From: Lama guanicoe
Taxonomy: Eukaryota
Length of the DNA stretch: 64,000 nucleotides
NCBI GenBank assembly: GCA_013239625.1
Contig: MU053379.1
Span: 5,332,714-5,396,713 of the forward strand
Reading direction: 5' to 3'
Shown: positions 39,632-51,589 of the stretch, in pieces
How positions within the stretch are numbered: the stretch's first letter is position 1
Layout of the letters: each line of letters begins with the position of its first letter
Position numbers and translations under genes: made by a program
Notes under the pieces: generated by a model
Told to the model about the DNA's origin: nothing
Databases searched by the model: none
What the model saw: only the letters and a program-made list of their open reading frames with translations

Positions 39632-40139
39632 TGCTGACAGACTCCAAAAGGCATAAGAAGATGCAGGCCTGACTTTCAGGACCAACTTGCACTTGCTTTC
39701 GGTGAGCCTGTGAAGGAAAAGCCCAGCTGGGCTAACAAGCTAACTCACAAATCTAAGTGTAACAAGTGTCGGATTACTGATCTGAGTTCTGCTGGGCTAA
39801 CTTGTAAATCTGAGTTAATTATTGTTGGTTTGCTGATTCCCTGTTCATGTTTTTTTGCTAGCTAGCTGGATTTTCAAAGAGACATATCTGGCCTTGAAAT
39901 GTTGGTTTCCTGCCTCCCTGCCTCTACTTTTGTGATAATGATGTTGCTAAAGCTGTTCCATGCCTATTGGCCAAATACCCCAAGCTTATAATTAACCCTA
40001 TAAAACCTCATGTACACGTCTTGGAGGTGCTCAGAGCTTCGGAGCAGAAGCCCCTCTGAGCCCGTTGGCATAATAAATCTGAGTACTCCAACCCCCCGAG
40101 TGGTGCTTGTTTCTTGGCTGGCCTGTCATTTCCGTAACA
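39632..40139 (+). mobile_element. Solo ERV LTR
   Basis: ATTGG box, TATAAAA at about 39998, AATAAA at about 40072, ends in taaca; R-U5 similar to the 38557 family. Confidence 0.7.
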
Positions 40140-43100
40140 AGCCCACCTGTCACAAACCCAAGATGGCCCTGGAGAGCGAGCCATAGCTTTTTGGCACCCT
40201 AGGTCTGGCCGAACAGCCAGCTGGCCAGTCTGGAAGGAGCCCGGGGACCTGTGGAAATGGCAGTTCTGCTTGTGGACAAGGATGACTGGGTGTGGGGACG
40301 TATCAGACTCCAGACCTCACCTGCCAGACTTCCCTAGGACAGAGCCTCTGAGGCAAGAAACCTGGTTGTTCTCATTTCCTAAATGGCTGTGTTTTATGAT
40401 GTGTTAAGTTTGGGGGGTATCCCTCCAGCTGTGGAGTTACCCCAGCTGAAGTCACTGCGGGCCAGTGATTTACGATCTGTTGAGTGCCAGCAACACGCGC
40501 GGCTCCAGGAGGGGACCCGAGGCTGGAGGCCCTGCCTGGGAGCTGCGCCCCGCTCCGCACTGCAGCTATGACGTCCACGGAGACTCTCCGGGTTGAGGTG
40601 CCCCCAGTGGACTGGGGGCTCCTTGCATGCCAGAGCCGTCTGACTCCAAGCCTTGTAAGTGGTTGGCTCACTGTGCCTGTCACCATGAGAGTCTGAGCAT
40701 GGCCTTGGTTCATGGAGATTCTTTGGCTTGAATGAAGCTGGAGGCCTGGTGGGCAGCTGGTCCTGGCCTGGGGTCCCCACAGCCTTGCCCCCACCTTGGT
40801 GCTTGGGCCCAGGGTAAGCCAGACCTTGTGTGTCTCAGGGGCTGACCCGGTGACCTCAAAGCAGACTTTGTTTGTCAGCCCCCTGCTGCCAGACCTAGAT
40901 GTGAGATTCTGTTCTCCACTGGTTTCTTTCTGCAGGAAGCAGAAGGTTGGGTCAATGGAGAAGACAGTTGGCCTACCCGGGAGGTTTGAACTTAAGCGGT
41001 TACGTGGTGAGGAGCCCTGCCCAGCTTGGAGTAGAGTGACCCCGTTAGAGGTGACCTTTAGAGACAGGCTCTCCAAGACGGGCACGTAGAGTGACTACTG
41101 GTGTGGGCACGTGGGTGCCGTGTGGTGGGGGCATGGCGGGGGTGGCAAGAATGCATTTGTAGGTGTTTATAAAGGATCTAGGCAAGACCTGATTTGTTTG
41201 GAATCAGAGCATAAGTGGAAACAGTAAAATTAAATTTCAGCATATCAGTTTTCTAAAGCAGTTTAAGTTATGGTGATTTAGCAGGACACAGGAAAGCAAG
41301 AAAAGGTCACACTTATACCAGATTTAAGGATATTGAGTTAAGTTATGAATGTATGCAATTTTAATTTTGTTGAATACTCTCTGCCAAAATAAACTTTATA
41401 CTTAAAATGTGTGTGTGTGTGTGTGTGTGTATATTTTGTTATGTACAATTAATTCCATTGTTTTGGCTACAATAAAATCAATTTTGAAATAAATGAAATG
41501 TTGAAAATAAAAGAAACCACAAACAACAAAACACCTTGCTTCTTCGATAGGACACACCTGGCCTCTCAGAGCTCGCTTGCCGACCTCCCACCTTGGGAGC
41601 TGCCTGTACTGTCGGCAGATCTTGAATGAAGGTGGGAGTCACAGTCTGAAGGGGTGAGAACTTGGGGCTTCCAGTCCCATAGGAGCCACCTGAACCAAAC
41701 GAACAGTGCCCTGGGCTCCGTGGGCTCCGGGCTAAGCGCTGGGGGCAGGTAGAGCACGGCGCATACAGGAAGTGCCGGGGAGCTGTGTTTCTGTGCAATA
41801 GGAGGCTCACGGTCAGCTCCAGAGTCAAGCGGAAAAACTGAGGGACCCCGAGCCCCACCGGACAGCTGAGTCTGAGTCCCACGCAGAGGGATGGGGACCA
41901 GGGCAACCGGCTCTGGCTGCAATGACACATGACTTAGAGTCCTCATACCCAGAAGGACCAGTAAACCTCTCTTGGCTGTCTCTTCGAGCTTCCGATGGGG
42001 CAGCAGGTAAGAATGCCTGCTGTGCCGTGACCCTGTCCAGCCGGGGGTCACAGCCCTTTCATCTCACACCCAGGTGGCTGGTGCCGCTCTCCCTCGCGGG
42101 TTTCCAAGGAGCAGCCATTCAACTAACACTCAGAGTTGGGATGAACCAGCCCTGCTGCCCGATCTTGTATCATGTACTTATTTTTTTTTTTAATATTTAT
42201 TTAGTCACACTCTTAACTAACGTTTCTGGAACCAGAAAATACATTAAGCACTGACAATACACAACGAATATGGTGAAGGTGGAAGTACGTCTGACCAAGG
42301 CTAATCGAGGGGTGAGCAGGAAAATCATCACTTCAGCAATAAAGTTTTAATATTCTGGTCTGTTTGTTTTTTTCTTTTCAGCCTGGGTGAATCTTTTTGC
42401 AAGAGGAAATTCACGTGGAAAATTAGAGGCTAACAGTTCTGAGAGGTGATGGGCCTTTTCTGTGCCCAGCCCCATGCTGACCTGCCCCGTCTGAAGGGGC
42501 CCTGGGTTAGAAGGAAGTTGCTGTAGGACCAAGAAAGAAACAAATGAAAGCTGCTCTCAGCAGCCGGGTCTTACAGGGCCCAGTACCCATACTTCCTTCT
42601 CCACAGCCTGGAACACAAGGATGGCTTGTCTTCCAGGTGGATCACAGTGTCTCTGGCCCAGGGAAAGGTATTATGCTGAACGGGCCTCAGAGTCTCACTC
42701 CTGTCAGTGGAAACATGAACAGCCATGTCTACTTAAGGGCACGGCCATGATCCTACTTCCCATCAAGGAAAGGAACACACAGACCAAACCTGCAAAAGAG
42801 GACGCCATGCACCGGGCTGGTGTCCACGCCGGCCAAGGTGGACAGCCTGCTACACCCAGCAGCAGCATTACGGAGGGGCCTGGGGAGCTCCTGTTTTGAC
42901 TCAAGGATGCTCACTTTCCCTGTCCTCCCTCTGTCTCTCTGGTTTCCTGTCTGATCGTTCTCCATGAGGGAGTCACCGCTGGTCAGGCTGCAGGATGAAC
43001 AGGGCTCTGAAACATTCACTCAGCTTCTACCGTCAGCACCAGCTCCAGCTCTGGGACACACAGGGTGAGGGGCTCTGATATAGCTGAGCAACTGCACACC

Positions 43101-43849
43101 TGGAGAGCAGGTCCCTGGGGCCGACCTACACTGTGACTTATTTTCAGCCAGCAACCTTTGGTTTACCTGTTTTCAACAGGAGTGGCTTAAACAAAACAGA
43201 ATTCCCAAGTTCAGAAGGGTTCACTTCACAGAGATTTCCCCAAATGCCTTATACAAACAGCAACAGGAATCAGAGAGGTGACTGTCTATTCCTTATCGCC
43301 AGCCTGCTTCACCTGAAGGATGGTCTGGGAGAGAATGTCAGACGCCATCTATTTAACAGCTCTAGTCATCGGCACTGCATCATGAAAATGACCCTTGTCT
43401 CTTTTCATGAACAAGGCAAACTCCCCAGGGCCCTCTGCGACAACACTAAGCGACTTATTCACTCAATCTATCAGCCAACGAGCGTTTATGTGACCTGTTT
43501 CAACAAAACACTAGGAAAATGCACCCTGAAAACAAGGTAATAGGAGAACAGGAATTTAACAGTGAGTTGCTGGGGAAATTTCTTGTTCCTTAATCCAGCC
43601 CAGCCCTTTTGTCTGCCTGCTGGCTCTGCTATTAAGGAGGTAGATGAAACAATGAAATGTGCTCCCTGTCTACGGGTATGAGAATTACGTTTTCAGGACA
43701 GCAGGTTCCTCCTTAACAACTTAAGCTATGAGAAGGTGAGAGTGAATGTCTACAAAATAGCTAAAATTTCTCCAGGGTCTACAAAACCCTCCAAGTGAGA
43801 AAAGAATGATGTGTGAATTTTATACAGCACCAAACATGCACGATAAATA

Positions 43850-44810
43850 CATTTTATTTTATTTTATTTTATTTTTAATAGACTTTATTCTTTTAGAGCA
43901 GTTTCAGGTTCACAGCAGAATTGAGCAGAAAATACAGAGAGTTCGCACACAGCCCTCCCCACCCACACATACATCCTCCCCTCCCCTCAACGCCCCTCAT
44001 CAGTGTGGCATATTTGGTACAATTGCTGAGCCAACACGGGCACATTATTACCAGCCGAAGTCCATAGTTTACATGAGGGTTCACTCCTGATGCTGTAGAT
44101 AAATACATTTTCAAATACGCCAGACATCAGGGAATATAGAACTCTAGTCAATGTAATGGAATTTCTATAAATCCACCAAAGAGACAAAAACAACTTTGTT
44201 ATTACAGTCTGATATTTCATTCACTCATCCTCCTTCCTACAGTCACAATTTCACACCAGGAGCTGAGAGAGGGCTGGCATTTTCTACCTGCAAGGCCTCC
44301 TCCGGCTCTATCAGGTGCCCGTGTCCTCATGTGCACTGGGGACCTCCAGCTGGAGAGGTGCATGGAATGTGGTGTGTCCCAAATTTCTGTGATCCAAGGG
44401 TTCCCTTTTCTCCACATCCTTGCCACATCTAACAGGTGTGAAGTGACAGCTCACTGTACTTCTGATTTGCATTTTCCTGATGGTTAGTGGTGCTCAACAT
44501 CTTTTCTTGTACGTTTTGGACATCTGTGTCTTCTTTGGGAAAAAAAAACCTGTTCAGATCATGTGTGTGTTTTTTAAATCCGATTGCTTGGTTCCTGTTG
44601 TTTTTGTTTGTTTGCCATTGAGTTGTATGAGATCTTTATGTATTTTGGATGTTAGCCCATTACCATTATTATATGATTTACGAATGTTTGATGCCCCTCG
44701 ATAGGCTTCCTTTTTCATTTTGTTGAGGTTTCCCTTTGCTGTGCAGAAACTCTTTAGTTTTATACACTCCCACTTATTTTTGCTTTTGTTGCCCTTGCTT
44801 TTAGAGCCTG
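43850..44810 (-). mobile_element. Antisense L1 fragments
   Basis: 43899-44090 is similar to 8400-8595 (same subfamily); 44390-44810 is ORF2 3' antisense. Confidence 0.7.
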
Positions 44811-46825
44811 CATTTTCTTTTTAAGTCTCCAGATTCTATAATAAAATTACCTTTGTTTCCCCCATTCTTGTTCTTCGTCCAGTTTTCATTGTTACTAATT
44901 TGTAGCATAATAGCATTTGGTTTAGAAAACACACTGCTTATGATTTCAATATTTTGAAATAAGTTGAAATTTGATTTACAGCCCAGGGTACGGTCATGTT
45001 TGGCAGGGGAGTATTATAAGTGTCGTGAGAGCTTAAAAAAGTACATTGTCCAGCAGCTAGGTGCAGTGATCACACAGGTCCTTTGGTCGGTTGGGGGCAT
45101 CATGTCCTTTTACAGTCTCGCTGGTATGTTCCTTTGACTTATACAACAGAAATTTATTTTCTTAAAATTCTGAAGGGTGAAAGTGTTGGTTCCTTCTGAA
45201 GCCACTCCCCTGGGCTTACACATGGCTGCTTCCTCCTGCCGTCTCACTGGTTTCTGTCCGCTTGTTCTATTAATCACTGGGCTCTTCTGCTCATGCTGTG
45301 CCCATTCTCCCCCATTTAAAGTGATGATGGCTACTCCGTCAGGTCATACAGCCACTTGCACACCACCGTCTCCCCCACAAGGCTCTTGTGCGTCAAGATG
45401 TCAAACACACAGGTTTTCCCGCTCTGTCCCCTCCCGCGCCTTACACGGACCTCCTCTTTTCCCTGTTACCCCTGTTCTGCTCAGTTTTGATTCTAGTTTC
45501 TCCTCAGTGTGGGGCTCTGCTCTGGAAGAGTCGTGGCTGGGCAGCTTTTAGGCTAGATACGAACTAGACCGCTCCGACCCCCGACGGCCTTACCGAGTGC
45601 GGCTGGCCCCTCCTCGCTTTGGAAGAGGACAGTGGTGCTACTCGTCGTCTCCACCGCTGTTCCCAGGTGAGCCCAGCACACTTTCCAGTGAATACCTGCT
45701 GGCTGTTTCGGGTGTTGTGGGGTCCGTCTGCTTGTAAATAGAGCAGGTCTTTCAGCACAGAGCTTGAGAAGCACTGATGAAGGATCAGAGCGGGAAGAGC
45801 CGAGTGTTAAGAGGGCTTCATGGAAGAAGAGCCGTGGCTCTGAGGCCATAAAGGGCAGTCAAGGTGGGAATCAGTGCTGGCGTTCCCCAGGGCTCTGCCC
45901 CAGCCTCATCTCAGTTTCTCTGGAGGAGCTCACCCATTCCCATGCCTTCAAACATCACCTTCAAGGCATAGATTCCCCAGGATCTAGGTCTACAGCTCAG
46001 GAATCCTTTTAACATGAGACTTGCAGAGACACCTGGATGTCCCACAGGCATAGCAAATTCCGCATGGACCAAACCAAGCATTGGTCTTCCCCCCTAAACT
46101 TTGTCACTGCATCTCACAAGTTACATGTTGTGTATGATATGTTGTGTTTTCATTTTATTTCAAAATATTTTTCTAATTTCTCTTTATTTTTTATTGTTTG
46201 ACCCGTAAGTTTTTTAGAAGTACACTGTTAAATTCCCAAATGCTTTGGAATTTTTGAAATATTTTTTGTTACTGATTTCTAGTTAATTCCATAAACATAC
46301 TTTTATAGTGTCTTTCCTTTTAATTATATTGAGACTTATTTTGAACCCCAAATATAATGTCTTGGTGAATGTTCTATGTGCACTTGAAAAATGCACTTTC
46401 TGCTGCAGTGTTCTACAAACGCCAGTTAGGTCAGGCTGGCTGGCAGTGTCAGCCGTGTCTTTCACATCCTTACTGATTTTCCGTCTACTTATTTTATCAA
46501 TCACTAAGAGAGGAATGTGGAGTCTGTTTCATGTCTGTTTCGTTCCACTGACCTACTTGTGCATCTCTGCCCCAGCGTCACACTGTTTTAACTACTACAA
46601 CTTTGATCCCTGTGGTATCATTTCTGAGGCAAACTCCCTCCCGTCCCCGCAATGGATCTTTCTTTTCAAAAATTCCTTGGTTCTATTCGTGCATGTTCTA
46701 CTCACTTAGGGTAAGAGCGTCAGCTGGTCAGGTTCTTGGTAAGTTTAATCTTAAGCATTTTATACATTTCATAAAATATATACGTCCCTGTTGCTCAGAG
46801 GTATTTTCCTATTAAAGGCAGGTAA

Positions 46826-47030
46826 CAGGAGTCGGCCAAGTTTTTCTTTAAAGGGCCAGATGATGAACGTTTTAGACTTTACGGGCCATATGACCTCGGC
46901 AACTTCTAACCTCGGCTTTGCCATTGTAGCACAATGGCAGCTGCAGACGGTATGTAAAGAAATGGCATAAGATGCTATTAAAACAAGCGCTCAGTCAGGT
47001 TTGGCCTGCGGACCATAGTTTGCTGCCCCC
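46826..47030. mobile_element. MER58-like hAT DNA transposon
   Basis: caggagtcggccaa...aaagggccaga...tttggcctgcggaccatagtttgctgcccc with terminal inverted repeat remnants. Confidence 0.75.
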
Positions 47031-48258
47031 GGATATAGAGAAAGATCAGTTTTTGGCACATAGGTATCTTCTCTCCAGACTCCACAATGAATGTCTAATA
47101 CTATGCTTCAGTTGAGTCTGTTATTTCTATGCAGGCAAAATACACAAACAAAAGATCATTGTGTTCTATCTTCCTAATATTTATGCCAATCATTCCTTTT
47201 CGTAGTCTTATTGTCTAGGTAACTCCAGAGCAGTATTCAACTACAGTGCTAACAGGAGGGACTGTTTTGTTAATCGGAAGGCTCCATTTTTTCCACTCCA
47301 AGTATGCTATTAGTGTCTAAAAAATGTTCAAGTTTCAGATATGATGGCTGCAGTAAGTATCTTTAAAGATTCCTTCTAATTTACATTGTTTCCTTATGAG
47401 GTCATTAGTTATTGCTTTTTGATTGTGGCTGTAGATAAACAGAGTACTCCACTGAGCAATCCAGCACCCCCACTGAATACCACTCACCTGTTTTTACGTA
47501 CCAAATGGCTTTCCAATCTTCTGGTTCAATTACTTGAAACTCAAGATAACATAGAAGAAAATTCTTCCCAGGGGTTAAGAAAAATTAAGTAGGAAATGAA
47601 ACTTTTTGGTTTTAGAGCTATTTAAGGTATTTTCCTTAGAGATTTTTCAATAAAAATAATTCATTGAAATGACCTTTGAGTAAGAATTTTAAACTTAATT
47701 GAAAATTCAGTAGTGTTGTAGACAGATTGGGGGTGAAAGGTCCAAAGAAAAATAAATTATTAAGACTTATATGAGAATAAAACCTACAATGTTTATTTCT
47801 GAAAAGTTTGGGTCCAACATCTAAGTCCATGAAGCACATACAACTTCAAAAATATGTATTTGAAGCTGAAAGCTAATATGTGCATATGTGTTTACATTTA
47901 AGTATTTTTAAAGTTCCTCTAAATAAGCGTTCATGTACTCACAAAGGTATCAATGGGAATATTCATATCCTAGGCAAAAACTAACTTATTGTTGATGTGA
48001 AACTTAGCACTTCAATTAGTCAAACATTTTCAGTTTGGAATTTGCTTTCCAAAAATGAAATAAAAACAAATGCAATATTTCCATATATACTTACTTAGTT
48101 TACCTGGAAAACTTAAAATTAGTCCAGCTATATAAATATGAGGCACACATTAAAGAAGAGACATGTTTACCACCAAGAATTGTGGAGTATTTCTTTACAA
48201 GAACATTTCAAGGCCCAAATAAAAATACTTCAGGAAATATATACTAAATCTTTTAATT

Positions 48259-48333
48259 NNNNNNNNNNNNNNNNNNNNNNNNNNNNNNNNNNNNNNNNNN
48301 NNNNNNNNNNNNNNNNNNNNNNNNNNNNNNNNN
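48259..48333. other. Assembly gap (75 N)
   Basis: Run of n characters. Confidence 0.99.
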
Positions 48334-48349
48334 ATTAGTAATAATTTAA

Positions 48350-49838
48350 AGCCAATCATCAGAATTAAATTAATATTTATTTATATAAACAATGTAAGTA
48401 AGTAAAAATCATCAATTCCATTTAATATAAAGTATATTTCTGGAATATATTTATTTTTAAATGAGAATTACCAATTTCAATTCAACCAATTCAAGTATTC
48501 ATTCAGCCAAGAGAACAAAATAAGCCTCTTAAAAATTCAAGATTTACAAATTAATGTTAGAAATGTTTTCAGTATGTTAGACTATTCTGATCTCCACTGA
48601 ATTACATCATACAAAGACATGTATCACTTGCTTTATAGTTTATAATCAAGTATAACTGGTCACTAAAATTCCTTGACCAAAATATCACTATGATTGAATG
48701 AGGCAATGCACTATAATAAGATGAATGTAATAATGGCCGTATCTTTTCAAAAACAGAATATGGAAGTTCTCATTTTCACAACTATGAATTTGGTTTTCCA
48801 AAATCTGGTTCCCAAAACCAATTTCTAAAGTGTTACAGTAGAGGGGGCGAGGCAGTAATGGAAAGAAATGATTTAATGGACTCTGATTAAAAAAATAATG
48901 ATCATAGTTTTTAGTTTGGGAAATGTATCTGGCATTAGAGATACTCAGAAGTATGTAATGATGCTGGTATCAGAGTTTACTGGTTAGCTAAAGGGCAGAG
49001 AGTAAGAGGAAAGTAAAAGGTAGTATTTGCTTTTAACAAAGCAGACTGGGTAATATGTTAAATGTTAGGGTGGACTAGGGAAGAACTCAAGACGGGCAGA
49101 AATTTCCTCTTGGACTTTCTATGTCAACATCCATTTCAGTTTTGGACCTTTCACCAGAGTGCTCATGTGATGGAGAGGAGGAGCTCTGCCCACCCATGAA
49201 GTTACTTCCCAGACCAACAGGTCTCTGCCCGGCTGCTCGAGAAAGGCAGCTCATCCTCTGAGGTTCCTGGGGCCCCACAGGAGTGTGAAGTGCAGGAAAA
49301 TGGAGTCCACTTTGTGTAGAAGGCTAACCCATCCTATTTGGACTCTTCAGTAACCTAAGTTAATCAAATGCCACCTAAAAGTACAGCCTCTAGCTCAAAA
49401 CCACGGATAATGGATAAGTGTCTATCTTGAAAATGCCTGTTAAGAGGTCACAATGTGATCCTGTGATCTTGTGATCCTGAAAATCTTCAGCTCCCGTTAG
49501 CTGTCTTTCCAAATAAAATCTTCAATAACACAGTTTAAGTCCTCTACTGAGCTCTGTAACCCCTTCAGCCAAATAGGCTGCAGTTGTTTCATGTAACTTT
49601 CATTTCATTGGAAAATGTGGGCGGGTACCTGATATTACCTGATATTAAGGAAGGTCAGTGGGTAAACACACCAAAACCAGTGATGCTGCCTTCAGGGAGT
49701 TGCCAGGAAGAAAGTCAAATGATACACCAAGAAAGCACATTTGCAGGAGCAAGCCCTTCAGCACAGCATGAACATATTCTCTGTGAGGAGGCTCCAAGCC
49801 ACTTGCTAACTTCAAGTGTGAGGCAACAGAAGTCTTTC
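48350..49838 (-). other. PTPN20: Probable PTPN20 3' UTR
   Basis: Non-repetitive sequence after the stop codon; minus-strand AATAAA at 48455-48450 and 48381-48376 in AU-rich context. The true 3' end is uncertain and lies next to an N gap. Confidence 0.55.
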
Positions 49839-49904
49839 TTACTTTAAAGTCAGAAGCTTATGGAGAACTTCATGCACAATTTTATAACAAAAGATATACT
49901 GCTC
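49839..49904 (-). CDS. PTPN20: PTPN20 last coding exon
   Basis: atttag| then EQYIFCYKIVHEVLHKLLTLK* with TAA at 49841-49839; in frame with the preceding exon and matches the PTP C-terminal EQYxFCY motif. Confidence 0.93.
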   Translation of the reverse strand, partial: EQYIFCYKIVHEVLHKLLTLK

Positions 49905-50240
49905 CTAAATACATATATATGAAAGACAACGGGATGTTAATTGAATACCAATATCCACTTTCAGAGGACACATTTGTAATTTTCAACCACAAAGAGCAAA
50001 CGTTTAACCAAGAATTCTTCATGTAAAAATATTTTAAATACCAGGAAGATAAATGATAATATAGTTCTTGGTCTAGAACTAGTTAACTGAAGGTTGACTG
50101 AATAGAGAAGAAACTCTCTCTTAATCTCAATCTCTTTTTATCTTCACTAGATAAATCAAATTTGAACTTTTTTTCAGGTCTCTCAGGCAACCCTCGTCGA
50201 AATGAAACACTTCATACCATTCAACATTGCCTTAAAAAAA

Positions 50241-50320
50241 NNNNNNNNNNNNNNNNNNNNNNNNNNNNNNNNNNNNNNNNNNNNNNNNNNNNNNNNNNNN
50301 NNNNNNNNNNNNNNNNNNNN
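50241..50320. other. Assembly gap (80 N) in the last PTPN20 intron
   Basis: Run of n characters. Confidence 0.99.
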
Positions 50321-50708
50321 CTATGACATACTTTTTTATGACATGCCAATGACTGATATGTTTAGTTCCAAGTAAATATCCCCAAACTGCTATCCAGAAA
50401 TTTATGGAAAATAACTTTAGACATGTTACTGAAAAAACATGGCATTATGGACGAAGCATGTGTGGGCATCAGGAGACTTCAGTTTCAGCCCTGGCTCCTC
50501 CCCTTGCTATCTGAATTACCTTATCGAACACTCTTCATCGCTGTTGAAGTACTACTTCAGTAACAGAAGAGCAAAACTCTTGTCTATCTCAAACAATGAG
50601 AATTCAATGACATCATGTTGGCAAAAGAGCTTCATACATCGTAATGTGCTACGCAGTGTTCATCTTTATATTCATTATTGTTATTAGAATTTATGTGGTG
50701 AGACTTAC

Positions 50709-50771
50709 CTTTGTTTGGATCATTCCACAGCGTTGTTCCCTCATTTGGCCCACTATATTCATGATGTTGAA
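50709..50771 (-). CDS. PTPN20: PTPN20 coding exon (Q-loop)
   Basis: gtaacag| ... |gtaagt; 63 nt, phase 0/0. FNIMNIVGQMREQRCGMIQTK (motif R-x-Q-R-x-x-M-I/V-Q-T). This frame is not shown in the ORF track. Confidence 0.93.
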
Positions 50772-51589
50772 CTGTTACAACAGGATGATAATAATTTTGT
50801 ATTATCCATATAGGGGGAAAACACAAACTCATAGATGCCAAATGAGAACTCCATAGTTCTTTCAAGTAAAAAATATATCACAATTTAACCAGAAAGTTCT
50901 CACTTTCAGTCATAAGAAAATGTACTATGTTCAACCTAGTCTAATGGATAAGGAAGGCTTGTTTAAATGAGCTTCCAGGAAAAAAAACAGGAAGCAATCA
51001 TTTATAACTGGAGATGTTCTCCAAAAGAAATAACAACAAATTTGCCCCTGTGTATACTTTCCTGTTCTCCAAAGGGAGAACTTAAGGCAGCATCATGATT
51101 TTGGAAAATTCTGAAGCACAGGAGAATTTTTCTTCCTACAACAGTGACAGCTATTTCTCATATAAAGAGCCCGCTCAGCTCAAGCGGAGACCCTGAGCAC
51201 CAGCCGGCCCCCACCAGGTTCCACACCTGGGCTTTACCAGGCAGCTGCCGAGCTGGTGCAGGTCTGCAACGGGCTGTTGCTAGACCACAGGTGCGGTAAG
51301 TCCAGAAACTGGCAGTAAGTGTTTAGAAACTCTCACGGCAACCTGACAGCGGCACAGCATCGAGGAGCCTCATCAGCGTAACAGAACCTAGACCAGCTCA
51401 GGTGCTGCTGAACTGGCCTAAAAAGTTACGTGCGGTGCCAGCTGAGGACCAGCCATGTGCAGCAAGACCACAAAATTACAAGGTTTGTCAACTACAATCC
51501 AAAAGTATATAAAAATCAGAGAAAATGTAAGCATTTCTTTATTTTTATAACTTGTCCTTTCTATAATTTAAAATTTTAATTAAGCCTTT

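Noticed and set aside
40372..41085. 237-aa minus-strand ORF
   Set aside because: Non-ATG start, GC-rich context and no domain similarity recognised.
42180..42350. T-run plus minus-strand AATAAA suggesting a retrocopy tail
   Set aside because: No TSD or recognisable parent sequence found.
43899..44090. Similarity to 8400-8595 as a possible local duplication
   Set aside because: Similarity is limited to an L1 3' segment, so independent insertions of one subfamily explain it.
49087..49354. Possible alternative terminal exon or ORF in the PTPN20 3' UTR
   Set aside because: Weak acceptor, upstream in-frame stop and no recognisable peptide.
50632..50865. 77-aa ORF-track peptide over the exon
   Set aside because: Wrong frame; the real exon frame reads FNIMNIVGQMREQRCGMIQTK.
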